A stretch of DNA of 64,000 nucleotides, from sequence record MT939492.1; one strand, written 5' to 3'. The notes beneath the pieces were generated by a model. It did no database searches. It saw only the letters and a list, made by a program, of their open reading frames with translations, and was not told where the DNA came from. Below, in pieces: positions 9,994 to 20,213 of this stretch (positions are counted from its first letter, which is position 1; each line of letters begins with the position of its first letter). The position numbers and the translations under genes were made by a program.

Positions 9994-10956
9994 TCAGGTG
10001 TACTTGAGGTTTGGTGCGGTGACGCTGGTCGATGCCTTGACCGTATCGGCTTCAATGGTGCCGCCAGATATCGTGCCAGTCATCTTGGACGTACCGGTCA
10101 CTACGAGGTTGCCGATGGTGGCAGTACCGGTCACGCCCAGATCCTTGGCGATCTTCACGTTACCCGTGACGTCCGTATCGGGAGCGTCGATGAGCACGTG
10201 CTTGGTCTTCATCTTGATTTCGTTGCCGGCTTCCATTTCGATGGAGTCCAACGCCTTCATGAGGATCTTCTTCTTGTTCAGCTCCACCAACGTCTTGTTG
10301 GCGTTGAGCATGCGCAAGATCGTCTCCACCGAGTCGAACTCGAACTCGTTGCCCTTTTCATCGGCGATGAACATCGCGCCGTCCTTGAGGTTCAGCTGAA
10401 CCGTGAAGACAGCCTTCTCGCCGTTCTTGGCTGAGTTCTCCAGCATGATGTACTGACCATGCGAGGACATTTCGAGGAAGTAGCAGAAACCTTCCTTCGT
10501 ACCGTCTTCCTTCTCACTGGTCGTGCCGGAGATCGAGTAACGTACCGTCTCCAGCTTGCGTAGGTTCAGGTCCAATCCCAGGCAGTGCCAGTACAGCTGC
10601 GGGGCGTCGCCGAACTTCAGGACGATCAGGCGTTCACCGCGTCGTACGTTCGGGGGCGTCTGCTGGTTGGAGCCCCCTAGGTTCAGCCACTGTGCCGAGG
10701 GAGTGATCGTGGTCTCGACTTTCTCGGTGTAGGCCTTGCCCTCACCGTCCACGCCTTCCACTTCGACCTCTTCGTTCTCGGCAGTGATTTCACCATCTGC
10801 CATCGGGAAGCCTTCCACCAGCCACACGCGCAGCTCGGTTGCAGGCTTGTTGTCCTCATCGGTTTCGATGGACAGGTTCTCGGCCGCATAAGCGAACGAG
10901 TGGAAATGGAAACCTGACGGCAGTTCACTGAGATTGCCTGGCTTTGCCTCGGTCAT
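9994..10956 (-). CDS. Baseplate central spike / puncturing protein (phiKZ gp164-like)
   Basis: N-terminal OB-fold-like region (PPNVRRGERLIV) and C-terminal beta-helix-like repeats (VTGNVKIAKDLGVTGTATIGNLVVTG), the layout of gp5/gpV-type spikes. Confidence 0.65.
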   Translation of the reverse strand: MTEAKPGNLSELPSGFHFHSFAYAAENLSIETDEDNKPATELRVWLVEGFPMADGEITAENEEVEVEGVDGEGKAYTEKVETTITPSAQWLNLGGSNQQTPPNVRRGERLIVLKFGDAPQLYWHCLGLDLNLRKLETVRYSISGTTSEKEDGTKEGFCYFLEMSSHGQYIMLENSAKNGEKAVFTVQLNLKDGAMFIADEKGNEFEFDSVETILRMLNANKTLVELNKKKILMKALDSIEMEAGNEIKMKTKHVLIDAPDTDVTGNVKIAKDLGVTGTATIGNLVVTGTSKMTGTISGGTIEADTVKASTSVTAPNLKYT

Positions 10957-11022
10957 GGATGCACCTTCGTATTTAGTTACGGCTGGTTCTCAGGATATGT
11001 AGAACAGCACGAAAGGGTTCGT

Positions 11023-13497
11023 ATGCGAATTGAAAAGGTCGAGCTCGTAGGATATACACGTCTTGCAACGTTGAACAATATCCACGAGTTCATCTACACC
11101 CCGACCTCGGATTACCAGTTGATCCTGGGGACGAATGGGTGCGGTAAGAGTTCGGTGATGCGTGAGTTGTCTCCGCTCCCGCCCAACAAAGAAGACTACG
11201 TCAAGGGTGGTCGTAAGGTCGTCCATCTCACCCATGAAAACAGTACGTTTGTCTTCACCTCCTTGATGACCGGCGGTACTGGTAAGCACAGCGTCCTCAA
11301 AGACGGCGTGGAGCTTAACACCAGCGGACTGGTTACTCTGCAGCGCGAGATCGTCAAACAGCAACTGGGGCTCGATCAGGAGCTTCACGACCTGCTGACC
11401 GACCGTATCCGCTTCAGCCGTATGCGTGCACAGGAACGTCGTCACTGGATGACCCGTCTGTCCACGGCGGACTACGGTTACGTCATGAACAAGTACAAGG
11501 AGTTCGCTTCTCGTGCTCGTGACGCCGAAGGCTCGATCAAAGAGTACGAGCGTCGTGTGGTTCAACAGACTGCTCGACTGCTGGCACTGGAGGACATGGA
11601 TAACCTCGACGTGCGCATTGCTGATCTGACGGCAGAGCTGGTTGAGTTGTTCTCCCAGCGCAAGACTGACCTGCCTCAGCTCAATGCAGTCTGGCATCAG
11701 TACAACCAGACCATCGAACAGATCGAACGCGACGCTAAGGCGCTGCTGAAGATCAACTCGTTCTTCCCGGCCGAGTACAAGTTCACCAGCATCGACCAGA
11801 TGCAGGAACACATCTACAAGCTACAAGCTGACCTCAGTGCTGCGCGTGGTCGTTTCGATGTCTACTCCCGCGACTACGCCGACATGGAGACGGTGATTCG
11901 TGCGCTGGAGGAATCTGGCGCTGACAGCTTGGACAAGCTGCGCGAGATGCAGGGTAAGTTGTCGCGAGAGATCGCTGGCATCGATGAGCAGGTCATCAAC
12001 TTCCCCACTGCGAGTCCGAACAAGAACACGCTGTCTGACTCTCACGACGTCATCAACACCTTCGTAGATATCTTCTCCAATCTACCGGACAACTCCAACC
12101 GCTACTACACCAAGCAGCGCCGCGAGGAAGTCCGTGGGGAACTGACGGAGCTGAAGCGTCAGATCCAAGGTGAGGAGAACAAGGTAGCCTCGGTGGAGCG
12201 TCGCATCGAGATGATCATGTCGGCCAAGGACTCCACCTGCCCCAAGTGTGGCTACGTCTGGAAGGAAGGTGTCAGCGAGAACGAGGTCGAGGGTCTGCTG
12301 GAAACCAAGGCTTCGTTGGAAGCTGGCGTGAAGGTTCTGGAAGGCAAGTGCGTCGACCATGATCGCTATCTGGAAGAGATCGACACGATCGCCTTGCAGT
12401 ACACGCGCTACACCAAGCTGTGTCACGACTACCCGCGTCTGTCGCCGCTCTGGGACTACGTGGCTACCAACAGCTGCATGTCGCACAACCCCAAGATGCA
12501 TTCGGGAATGATCCATACGTGGATCAACGAAGCGACGTTGCTGGTGGAGCGTGCGCAGAAAGCCGAAGACCTCGATCACATCGAAGCTGCTCTGCGTAAG
12601 TCCGATCTCACTGGCGGCGGGGAAGGTGCTCACTACAGCAAGCGTCTGGCTCGACTGGAGCAGGACATTGCTGCGACCTCGGGTGAAATCTCCAAGTTGA
12701 GTGCGGAGATCTCTTCGCTCACCACGGTGAAGTCTCGCATCGATGAACAGCTGGCGCGCTTTGCTGATCTTACCGTCCGTATGGCGCAGGCTTACGAGCA
12801 TGTGCAGAAGCTGGTGGAGATCGAGAAGAACAACAGCATCGAAGGTGTGATCTCTGTCCATCAGACGCAGCTGGCGGCATTGCAGCAGAAGATGACCGAG
12901 AAGATCACTCTGACGGCAATCATCGACGATCTGCGTAAGGCGATGGAAGAGATGGAAGTCCGTCGTCGTGCACTGCGCATCATCGAAGAAGAGCTGTCTC
13001 CGAAGAGTGGATTGATCGCATCGTTGGTGCTGGGTTTCATCAATGCGCTCACAGATCACATGAACTCTGTCATCACTCCCATCTGGGAGTACGACATGAC
13101 TATCCAGTCCTGTTCGATGGCAGAAGGTGATCTGGACTACAAGTTCCCGTTCATGGTGGCTGCGCACAGCAAGGTCATCGCAGACGTGTCGGAAGGGTCG
13201 GATGGGCAGGTGGAGTTGTTCGACTTCGCCTTCAAGCTGACGGCCATGGTTTATCACAACCTCCAGAGCTACCCGCTCTGGCTGGATGAGTTGGGCAAGT
13301 ACTTCGATGAGAAGCATCGGTCCAACTTGATGATGTTCCTGAAGGGCGTAGTGGATGATCGAACGATCACGCAGGTGTTCCTCACCTCTCACTCGGCCAC
13401 TCAGTACATCACCATGAACCAAGCTCAGGCTTGCGTCCTGAACCCTGCCAACATCGTGGTGCCTGACGTCCACAACGAGCATGTTGTAATGCGCTGA
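11023..13497 (+). CDS. sbcC: SbcC/Rad50-like SMC ATPase
   Basis: Walker A GTNGCGKS, long coiled coils, zinc-hook CPKC, signature-like SEGS and Walker B LWLDE. Confidence 0.9.
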   Translation: MRIEKVELVGYTRLATLNNIHEFIYTPTSDYQLILGTNGCGKSSVMRELSPLPPNKEDYVKGGRKVVHLTHENSTFVFTSLMTGGTGKHSVLKDGVELNTSGLVTLQREIVKQQLGLDQELHDLLTDRIRFSRMRAQERRHWMTRLSTADYGYVMNKYKEFASRARDAEGSIKEYERRVVQQTARLLALEDMDNLDVRIADLTAELVELFSQRKTDLPQLNAVWHQYNQTIEQIERDAKALLKINSFFPAEYKFTSIDQMQEHIYKLQADLSAARGRFDVYSRDYADMETVIRALEESGADSLDKLREMQGKLSREIAGIDEQVINFPTASPNKNTLSDSHDVINTFVDIFSNLPDNSNRYYTKQRREEVRGELTELKRQIQGEENKVASVERRIEMIMSAKDSTCPKCGYVWKEGVSENEVEGLLETKASLEAGVKVLEGKCVDHDRYLEEIDTIALQYTRYTKLCHDYPRLSPLWDYVATNSCMSHNPKMHSGMIHTWINEATLLVERAQKAEDLDHIEAALRKSDLTGGGEGAHYSKRLARLEQDIAATSGEISKLSAEISSLTTVKSRIDEQLARFADLTVRMAQAYEHVQKLVEIEKNNSIEGVISVHQTQLAALQQKMTEKITLTAIIDDLRKAMEEMEVRRRALRIIEEELSPKSGLIASLVLGFINALTDHMNSVITPIWEYDMTIQSCSMAEGDLDYKFPFMVAAHSKVIADVSEGSDGQVELFDFAFKLTAMVYHNLQSYPLWLDELGKYFDEKHRSNLMMFLKGVVDDRTITQVFLTSHSATQYITMNQAQACVLNPANIVVPDVHNEHVVMR

Positions 13498-13508
13498 AGG
13501 AGAAGAAG

Positions 13509-13931
13509 GTGGCAACCAATTTTGTGGAAAAGAAGTTCACGGCGGCCGAAGTGGCCGCCCTGCTGACCTCGGCTGATGACATGGGCGGTGGTCTGATCAA
13601 CATCTTCGGCACTGACGTTGCCCAGGTGCTGGTCAGTGAAGGTGCCAGTACGGACAACATCCGTAAGCACTATCGCGCCACCATTCAGGCCATCAGCGAT
13701 GGTTTCCTTGACCTGCGTGCGCCGAACGTACAGAAGACGGTCTTCGTCAATCTCGTGCGTCGGCTCATTCAGGCTGGCACCAGCTCGGTTACCGAGATGG
13801 ACAAGGAGATCAAGCGGATCCTGTCGCGTTGCTATTTCACCAGCACGTTCTCGGCCAGTCTGATCAAGTGCATGCATTTCGATCGCATGGCCCAGAGCCA
13901 GTACGTGTACATGGTCCGGGACGCGGCATAG
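13509..13931 (+). CDS. Hypothetical protein (140 aa, GTG start)
   Basis: Follows sbcC with an AGGAG/AGAAGG RBS; the stop codon overlaps the GGCATA motif. Confidence 0.65.
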   Translation: MATNFVEKKFTAAEVAALLTSADDMGGGLINIFGTDVAQVLVSEGASTDNIRKHYRATIQAISDGFLDLRAPNVQKTVFVNLVRRLIQAGTSSVTEMDKEIKRILSRCYFTSTFSASLIKCMHFDRMAQSQYVYMVRDAA

Positions 13932-13960
13932 AGGGAGGGGCTTCGGCCCCTCCCCTTATG
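13925..13960. terminator. GGCATA-GGGAGGGGC-TTCG-GCCCCTCCC-TATG hairpin
   Basis: Inverted repeat with UUCG loop between convergent genes. Confidence 0.75.
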
Positions 13961-13963
13961 TTC

Positions 13964-14824
13964 TTACTTGTAGACGCGCTTGAGGTGCTCGTAGCTCTCG
14001 CGGTAGGCATTGGCAGCCAGGACCGCGTGGTAGTACAGCGTGCTCAGCGCTTCGGCGCGCGAAGCCAGACGCCAACCCATTTCAGCCATGAACTTCAGCT
14101 GCGGGCCTGCGATGCGTTCGAAGCCCGGCTCACGGTTGGTGATGCGCTTGGCCAGTTCCTGCATCAGGTCGTCGGCACGATCGAGGTAGCCGTTGAGCTT
14201 GCTCAGGTCCAGCTCGTTCATCACCAGTGCCAGATCGTTCAGGCGAGCGCCCGTACGTTCGTAGCTGCCGACGGTGGGGTACAGCGAACCGAAGGGGCGG
14301 GTTTCCACGCGGCTGCTGTCGGAGAAGCAACCCAGCAGACCCTGCAGCGTTTCCTTCGGCGCCTTGTCCGAAAGCATGGTGCTGCGGCTGGAGGAGATGC
14401 TCTGCAGCTTGCTCGGCTCGCCCAGCATCTCGCCCAGCCAGCCCACGCAGTCGGGCAGCTCGGTCGTGGCAAAGCCGACGAGATCCTTGTAGCCCTTGTG
14501 CAGCTCCTCGACCATGGTCGGGTAGTCGCTGACCAGACCACGCGGCACCGGCAGTTCAGCCACGGCCAGCGAGGTGTAGGGGTACTTGCTGGTGAAGTTG
14601 TGGATCAACAGCGTGTTGAAGCCGGCACGTACCTTCAGGTCTTTGCTGAAGGCCTGCTTCAGGTAGGTGCTCACGCCCTTGACGAAGGTGTCCAGGCGGC
14701 CGGTGAAGGCGTTGAGGTACTGGTCACCGATCATCGATTCGGTGGAGATCTGTTCGCTGAGATCATGGACTTGGTCCAGGCTCTGCTCTTCTTCGGTATC
14801 TTCGGGCAGTTCGATGTAGTTCAT
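13964..14824 (-). CDS. Putative internal head protein
   Basis: Likely start MNYIELPED (14824, AAGGA upstream). Acidic N-terminus with an S-T-E site resembling gp175-type protease cleavage sites. Confidence 0.6.
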   Translation of the reverse strand: MNYIELPEDTEEEQSLDQVHDLSEQISTESMIGDQYLNAFTGRLDTFVKGVSTYLKQAFSKDLKVRAGFNTLLIHNFTSKYPYTSLAVAELPVPRGLVSDYPTMVEELHKGYKDLVGFATTELPDCVGWLGEMLGEPSKLQSISSSRSTMLSDKAPKETLQGLLGCFSDSSRVETRPFGSLYPTVGSYERTGARLNDLALVMNELDLSKLNGYLDRADDLMQELAKRITNREPGFERIAGPQLKFMAEMGWRLASRAEALSTLYYHAVLAANAYRESYEHLKRVYK

Positions 14825-14934
14825 CCGAGTTCCTTGACTCAAGGGTTGAAAAGGGTGCGTGCGGAACGCTGCTCATAAAAATAAACGTACCGACGCTATC
14901 GTTTGATGATTTCCCAGACAACAGGTGTGCAAAA

Positions 14935-16341
14935 ATGTCGTTGATTGGTGGTTTTACCCAGGCTCCGGAGTTCCGCCCGAACCTGAACATCGGTGCCTGT
15001 CTGGATATTCCGACCGGCAATTACTTCAAGGGCATCCATGATGAGATGATTCTCAATGGTGGCCTGAGCCATACCACTGGCATCGTGGCACGTGCAAACA
15101 TGCACAAGTCCTCGCTGATGCATCACATGTACCTCACCACCCTGGACCGGCACCGCTCGTCCGAGGGCAACTCCTATGACACCGAGTATTCGCTGGGCAA
15201 CCCGCGCCTCATGTCGCTGGCCAAGCACATGCCGAACATCGGTGGCCGCAACCTGCTGGCCGAAGGCCGCCTGAGCATCACCACGCCTGCCGAGCAGGAA
15301 GGTGACGAATGGTTCGAGCAGGTCAAGGAGATGATCGAGACCAAGAACAAGAACAAGTCGTTCCGCCAGATGACTCCGTTCGTGGACTCGCAGGGCAACC
15401 AGATGCAGTTCCTGTATCCGACCCCGATGGAACTGGACAGCATCAGCCAGTTCGAAGTCTCCACGATCACCAAGAAGCGTGAAGACAACAACATCGGCGC
15501 CAAGGAACAGAACCCGCTGGAAATGCACGCAGCCATGGCCAAGAGCCAGATGGTGCGTCAGATGCCGAAGCTGGCAGCTGCAGGCGGTATGTACATCATG
15601 ATGACAGCTCACGTGGGCGACGTCATCAACATGGATCCGCACAAGCCGGCTCCCAAGAAGTTCCAGATGATGAAGGGTGATGCCAAGGTCAAGGACACGC
15701 CCGAAAAGTTCACCTTCCTGTTGAACAACTGCTGGCACATCACTCGCGCTACGCCGCTGATCAACAAGCAGAACGGTACGCCGGAGTTCCCGCGTGGTTC
15801 GGACGATGCCCTGAAGGGTGACACCGATCTGATGGCCATCTCCATGGTCAACCTGCGCGGCAAGTTCGGTCCGTCCGGTCTGCCGATCGAACTGCTGTGC
15901 TCGCAGTCCGATGGCCTGCTGCCGACCCTGAGCGAGTTCTACTACCTGAAGAACTCCGACGGCTTCGGCCTGGGCGGTCATGACCGCGCGTACTTCCTCG
16001 AACTGCTGCCCGATGTCAAGATGCAGCGTACGACCGTCCGTGGTAAGTGTGGTGAGGACAAGCTCCTCCAGCGCGCCATGGAGATCACCTCCGAACTGTG
16101 CCAGCTGGTCAACCTGCGGCACGACTTCGATCGCTCGCTGCTGTGCACCCCTGAAGAACTGTACAAGGATCTGAAGGAGCGCGGCTACGATTGGGACGAA
16201 CTGCTCGGCGGTACTCGCGGCTACTGGCTGTTCGAGAACGATGAGAAGATCGAGCCCAAGAAGTTCCTGTCCACGGCCGACCTGCTGCGCATGCGTAAGG
16301 GTCTGTACAAGCCGTGGTGGTACGACGGTGCGGCGCGCTAA
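14935..16341 (+). CDS. uvsX: UvsX/RecA-like recombinase (phiKZ gp152-like)
   Basis: RPNLNIGACLDIPTG N-terminus, degenerate P-loop ARANMHKS, YDTEYS, LDSIS Walker-B-like motif and MTAHVG: RecA-family motif order. Confidence 0.75.
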   Translation: MSLIGGFTQAPEFRPNLNIGACLDIPTGNYFKGIHDEMILNGGLSHTTGIVARANMHKSSLMHHMYLTTLDRHRSSEGNSYDTEYSLGNPRLMSLAKHMPNIGGRNLLAEGRLSITTPAEQEGDEWFEQVKEMIETKNKNKSFRQMTPFVDSQGNQMQFLYPTPMELDSISQFEVSTITKKREDNNIGAKEQNPLEMHAAMAKSQMVRQMPKLAAAGGMYIMMTAHVGDVINMDPHKPAPKKFQMMKGDAKVKDTPEKFTFLLNNCWHITRATPLINKQNGTPEFPRGSDDALKGDTDLMAISMVNLRGKFGPSGLPIELLCSQSDGLLPTLSEFYYLKNSDGFGLGGHDRAYFLELLPDVKMQRTTVRGKCGEDKLLQRAMEITSELCQLVNLRHDFDRSLLCTPEELYKDLKERGYDWDELLGGTRGYWLFENDEKIEPKKFLSTADLLRMRKGLYKPWWYDGAAR

Positions 16342-16366
16342 GCGCCGCCTTTCCTGAGACACGACA

Positions 16367-16666
16367 ATGCCTTCACAATTCCCCGATGTGGTGGAGAAGC
16401 TGATCAAGCTCTTTGGTCAGCATGGGCGAGGGCTGCGCGATGTGCAGCTCCTCCTCAACGACGCATGCCCGGCTGGCTGGAGCCACCTGAGCAGCGATAA
16501 CATCATCGAAGCGATCAACAAGCACCTTCGCGTTAAGCTGGGTCTGCTGGAGGTCGATACCTTCGATGCCCGCGAGTGCCTCATTAAGGAGGACTCGGTA
16601 GGGGACTGGGTGTACGGCTTCAAGACCTACGTCATGCCCGCGCTGGTGAAGCACGAGCTTGTCTGA
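16367..16666 (+). CDS. Hypothetical protein (99 aa)
   Basis: In the operon, with a TGATG overlap to the next gene. Confidence 0.6.
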   Translation: MPSQFPDVVEKLIKLFGQHGRGLRDVQLLLNDACPAGWSHLSSDNIIEAINKHLRVKLGLLEVDTFDARECLIKEDSVGDWVYGFKTYVMPALVKHELV

Positions 16667-17109
16667 TGGTCAACACAAACGAATCGCAAGAGGGCGAGCT
16701 GAAGGTTATTGTTGCGGGTAGCCGTGGCTACTCGAACTATGACTTCGTCCAAGCGCACTTGAAGCTTCTGCTCAAGACGCGCGGAAAGTTCACCGTGGTC
16801 AGCGGTATGGAAAAGACTGGCCCAGATATGCTCGGCGTTCGATTCGCCGAAGAGAACGATCTGAAGTGGGAAGGTCACGCTCCCAACTGGGATGATCTGG
16901 AAGCTCCCGGCGCGGTGATCAAAACGAATAAGTATGACAAGCAGTACAACGCCAAAGCGGGTATGGACCGCAATCTCGCTATGGCGCAAACTGCAAGCAT
17001 ACTGGTCGCTTTCTGGGACGCCAAGTCTCCCGGCACTCGCAACATGATCATGGAGGCGCGGCGTCTGAATCTGGAAGTGATCGTTTTCATCGTACAAGTG
17101 GAGAAGTGA
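16666..17109 (+). CDS. SLOG superfamily (YspA/DUF2493-like) protein
   Basis: Motifs VIVAGSRGY, VVSGM..GPDMLG, AGMDRNLAM and LVAFWDAKSPGTRNMI are characteristic of YspA-type SLOG proteins. Confidence 0.85.
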   Translation: MVNTNESQEGELKVIVAGSRGYSNYDFVQAHLKLLLKTRGKFTVVSGMEKTGPDMLGVRFAEENDLKWEGHAPNWDDLEAPGAVIKTNKYDKQYNAKAGMDRNLAMAQTASILVAFWDAKSPGTRNMIMEARRLNLEVIVFIVQVEK

Positions 17110-17110
17110 C

Positions 17111-17791
17111 GTGGCGACGAAAAACCGTAAGGCGGCCATGGACTTTTATGTCGATGTGCTCACCCAGCTGCTGGGTAGTCGGGAACAGGCCCTGTGGCAC
17201 AAGGAGAACCTGTTTGACCACATGAGCGACGACGAGTTCGACGCACTGATGGCCCAGTACGAGACGGGTGAAGAAATCGCCCCGATCATCGTGCCGAACC
17301 TGACAGATGTCAAGTTGAAGATGGAGCGCAACTTGGCGGTGGCAGAGAAGTACGAAATCCCGATCTTCCAGCACATCGAGATGACCGACGCCGTCACTGG
17401 CGTTACCTTTGTCACCCCCAAGAAATACATGGTGGTGGACATGCCGGTTCGTCTGCAGGTGGAAATGCTGGACAAGAAGATCAAGATCCCGGAAGACAAC
17501 AAGCACGTCGATGAACGCACTGGTCAGCCGACTGGTCCGTCCAAGGGCAGCTCGGTCTCCTTCCCGGAACTGCAGGTCATGTCCGCACAGGGCTTCAACG
17601 CCGCCATCAAGGAACTGCTGCGCTGGCGCGGTGGTGACGAAGTGGGCTTCCAGGCCATGAACCGACAGATCGTCGACAATGGTTCGGTGCGCCTTGAAAC
17701 CCTGGCTCGCTTGCCGACCAAGGTCAAGAGTACCGAAACCCTGGGCGCCTACCTGATGGCAGCCCATCTGGACAACAATCTGAATCTTTGA
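17111..17791 (+). CDS. Virion RNA polymerase beta-like subunit, C-terminal fragment (phiKZ gp149-like)
   Basis: VDERTGQPTGPSKGSSVSFPELQV, LLRWRGGD and the HLDNNL terminus match my recollection of gp149; 226 aa. Confidence 0.85.
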   Translation: MATKNRKAAMDFYVDVLTQLLGSREQALWHKENLFDHMSDDEFDALMAQYETGEEIAPIIVPNLTDVKLKMERNLAVAEKYEIPIFQHIEMTDAVTGVTFVTPKKYMVVDMPVRLQVEMLDKKIKIPEDNKHVDERTGQPTGPSKGSSVSFPELQVMSAQGFNAAIKELLRWRGGDEVGFQAMNRQIVDNGSVRLETLARLPTKVKSTETLGAYLMAAHLDNNLNL

Positions 17792-17802
17792 GGTAGCTTT
17801 CC

Positions 17803-18336
17803 ATGGAACGTGTGCAATCCTTCGGCAACGACGTCAACGCGATCTTCGATGCTGTGTTCGTCAACCAGCTGCGTCTGGCTGGGCAGGGACGCATGACCGA
17901 ACGGTACTTTGGTCAACTGATGGAACAGCTGGAGTCGTTTGCGCACAACGCCAACGTAGCACTGCTGCCCAACGGCGACGAAGCCGTGGTTGAGCAGTGG
18001 GTCGAGCTGCGTTCGAACACGGACATGTTCAAGTTGATCATGAACATCACCATGGAGATGCGCTTCCATCTCAGCGGCGAGGATAACTGGGAGACCACCG
18101 TCAAGGCCATTGGTCTGGCGGCTTCGCGTCTGACCACGGCTCCGTGGCTGGAGAAAGAAGATCCGGACTACCAGGCCAATTCCCGTACCGAGGATGAACT
18201 GGTCGACCTGATGCTCAACAACGCATGGCTGGCAACCACGCAGTTGCTGCATTGGTCGCTCCAGCGTGTCATGGGTGACCAGCGTCGCCTGAGCATCACC
18301 TTCATGAAGGAAACCGAAGATGATGCGGAGAAGTGA
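17803..18336 (+). CDS. Conserved hypothetical protein (177 aa)
   Basis: GAGG RBS; operonic with the RNAP subunit gene. Confidence 0.7.
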   Translation: MERVQSFGNDVNAIFDAVFVNQLRLAGQGRMTERYFGQLMEQLESFAHNANVALLPNGDEAVVEQWVELRSNTDMFKLIMNITMEMRFHLSGEDNWETTVKAIGLAASRLTTAPWLEKEDPDYQANSRTEDELVDLMLNNAWLATTQLLHWSLQRVMGDQRRLSITFMKETEDDAEK

Positions 18337-19051
18337 TGAAATCCACCACCGCATCCACGTCATGTTGGATGTGCTGCTGGACACCCGGATCGCAACCGTA
18401 GCTGGCCTCAATGGTGAGGCGGCGGCCAAGATGCTCGGCAACCCGAAGTATCTCGACCGTCTCACCGACGACATGACTGAGATCACCGACGGGGTCATCA
18501 ACAACGAAGTGTATCGTGCTGCTTACGCTGGACGTGATCTGTCCACGTTGGTTCTGGCGCGGCCCACTGGTGCCTTCAAGGCACTTGATGACCTCAAGCG
18601 CTCGCTGGCGGCCAACATCCCCAATACGCCATTTGCCGATGGCTTCTCCTTCGAGATCAACGTCTGGCCCTACCAGATGGACGAAGACGAGATGCGGGAT
18701 GTGGAGACTGCTGTTGCATACTGGCTCGGTGCGCGGACCAGTATCAGGGTAGTCAACATGCCTCTGCGTGATCTGTCACCGTATCGGCTCGCTGGCGGGT
18801 ACAGTGCCGTGTTCCTATATTCGCTGGACGAGTGGGCGAAGATCCATGGCAAGGCTGTCATGGCATCACCCATTCGCGACGTCACGCTGTTCTGCCCAAG
18901 GCTTTACAAGGACAGAGCGCTGACGAAGGATGAATGCATCATCGCACCCAATAGCGATGCTCTGGATCCATTCGCTGAGACCGTGAACATGTGGCGTGAC
19001 TTTGTAGGCATCGTCTTTTTCCCGGCGGCTGTCTACTCGATCATGTCCTAG
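18320..19051 (+). CDS. Conserved hypothetical protein (243 aa)
   Basis: Overlaps the previous gene; HVMLDVLLDTRIAT N-terminus. Confidence 0.7.
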   Translation: MMRRSDEIHHRIHVMLDVLLDTRIATVAGLNGEAAAKMLGNPKYLDRLTDDMTEITDGVINNEVYRAAYAGRDLSTLVLARPTGAFKALDDLKRSLAANIPNTPFADGFSFEINVWPYQMDEDEMRDVETAVAYWLGARTSIRVVNMPLRDLSPYRLAGGYSAVFLYSLDEWAKIHGKAVMASPIRDVTLFCPRLYKDRALTKDECIIAPNSDALDPFAETVNMWRDFVGIVFFPAAVYSIMS

Positions 19052-19052
19052 C

Positions 19053-19082
19053 GGCATACAGGCAGGGCTCGCGCCCTGCCTG
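19053..19082. terminator. GGCATA-CAGGCAGGGC/GCCCTGCCTG hairpin
   Basis: 10-bp stem between convergent genes. Confidence 0.7.
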
Positions 19083-19093
19083 CTGCTATACCC

Positions 19094-19576
19094 TTACGCT
19101 TCTTTCTCGTCGCTCTTGTCGCTGACACCCAGGCGCTGCATGCGCGTGGTGAACTCGGAGTAATTCTCCGAAGACACGCCCACTTCGGTCTCGCCTTCCA
19201 CGAAGGTGACCTCGGGCAGTCGCTGAGCATCGTCGGCCTCGTAGGCCTTGCGACCCTTGGCGGCGTTCTCTTTGAGGAACGGGTCGGTCGAGCCGTCGTC
19301 CTTGAACATGCGCACCACTGCGCTTGCCACCAGACGATCGTTCTCCGCGCCCTTCTCGGCAATACCCAACTTCTTCTTGTTCAGGGCAACCTTGTCGATA
19401 TCCGACAGTGCCTTGAGCACCACCGCGCCACCCTTGGGGTCTCCCACCAGGTTGACGTCGGCATCCTTGACCAGCTGCAAGCGACGGGCCTGTGTGTACT
19501 TCAGGACCGCATCATCGTCACCCGGATCGCTGGGCATGTAGCGGTCAGCCAGGCGTACGCACTCTTTCTGCTCCAT
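19094..19576 (-). CDS. Hypothetical protein (160 aa)
   Basis: GGAG RBS and phage-like codon usage. Confidence 0.7.
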   Translation of the reverse strand: MEQKECVRLADRYMPSDPGDDDAVLKYTQARRLQLVKDADVNLVGDPKGGAVVLKALSDIDKVALNKKKLGIAEKGAENDRLVASAVVRMFKDDGSTDPFLKENAAKGRKAYEADDAQRLPEVTFVEGETEVGVSSENYSEFTTRMQRLGVSDKSDEKEA

Positions 19577-19643
19577 CGCAGTACTCCATTGAAAAAAATC
19601 ACAAGCCTATATCATTCATGGGAAGCTGCATTCAAGAGGTTAC

Positions 19644-20162
19644 ATGAACATCTTCAAAAGTCTGATCCGAAAACTCGGATTTGGCCGGCTGCGGGAAGAA
19701 GTGGTGAAGGATCGCCTCCAAAAAGAAGCCACGCCGTTGCTGTATCGGAACAAGGAACTACTGGCGCTACTGGAACCCTTCGGGAAGGAAATCCCTCGGT
19801 CCGTGCTCCGCCAGACAATGCTGACAACCCGCATCGACGGGGCCGAAGCGTTGATCTCTTCCTTGCTCTTGACAGCCAATGGCATCAAGACTGGTGACGG
19901 CTTCCCGCCTGTTGCCGTCACCTCTATCCAGCGTGACCCCGAGTCGCGGTCGTTGGAGGAATACCTGGTCACCATGGACGGCCACGTCCTGGGGGTCAAC
20001 GAGACCCTGCTGAAGTTGCAAGAGTTCTACAGCAGGTTGTGCAACGCCATCGAAGGCAAGAAAGAAAACGAGGGGTACTTTCAGCGCGTTAACGAGAAGT
20101 TGTTGGAGGATGTGGCCGAGGTTGTGGCCGCGTTTAGCTTGATAGCCAGAAAATGGAGATAA
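19644..20162 (+). CDS. Hypothetical protein (172 aa)
   Basis: GAGG RBS; downstream of a TATATCAT promoter-like motif at 19608. Confidence 0.65.
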   Translation: MNIFKSLIRKLGFGRLREEVVKDRLQKEATPLLYRNKELLALLEPFGKEIPRSVLRQTMLTTRIDGAEALISSLLLTANGIKTGDGFPPVAVTSIQRDPESRSLEEYLVTMDGHVLGVNETLLKLQEFYSRLCNAIEGKKENEGYFQRVNEKLLEDVAEVVAAFSLIARKWR

Positions 20163-20213
20163 TGTCGAAGTGATCGGCATCATTACCACGGCGTTTGAGA
20201 AAGCTCTCACGCC

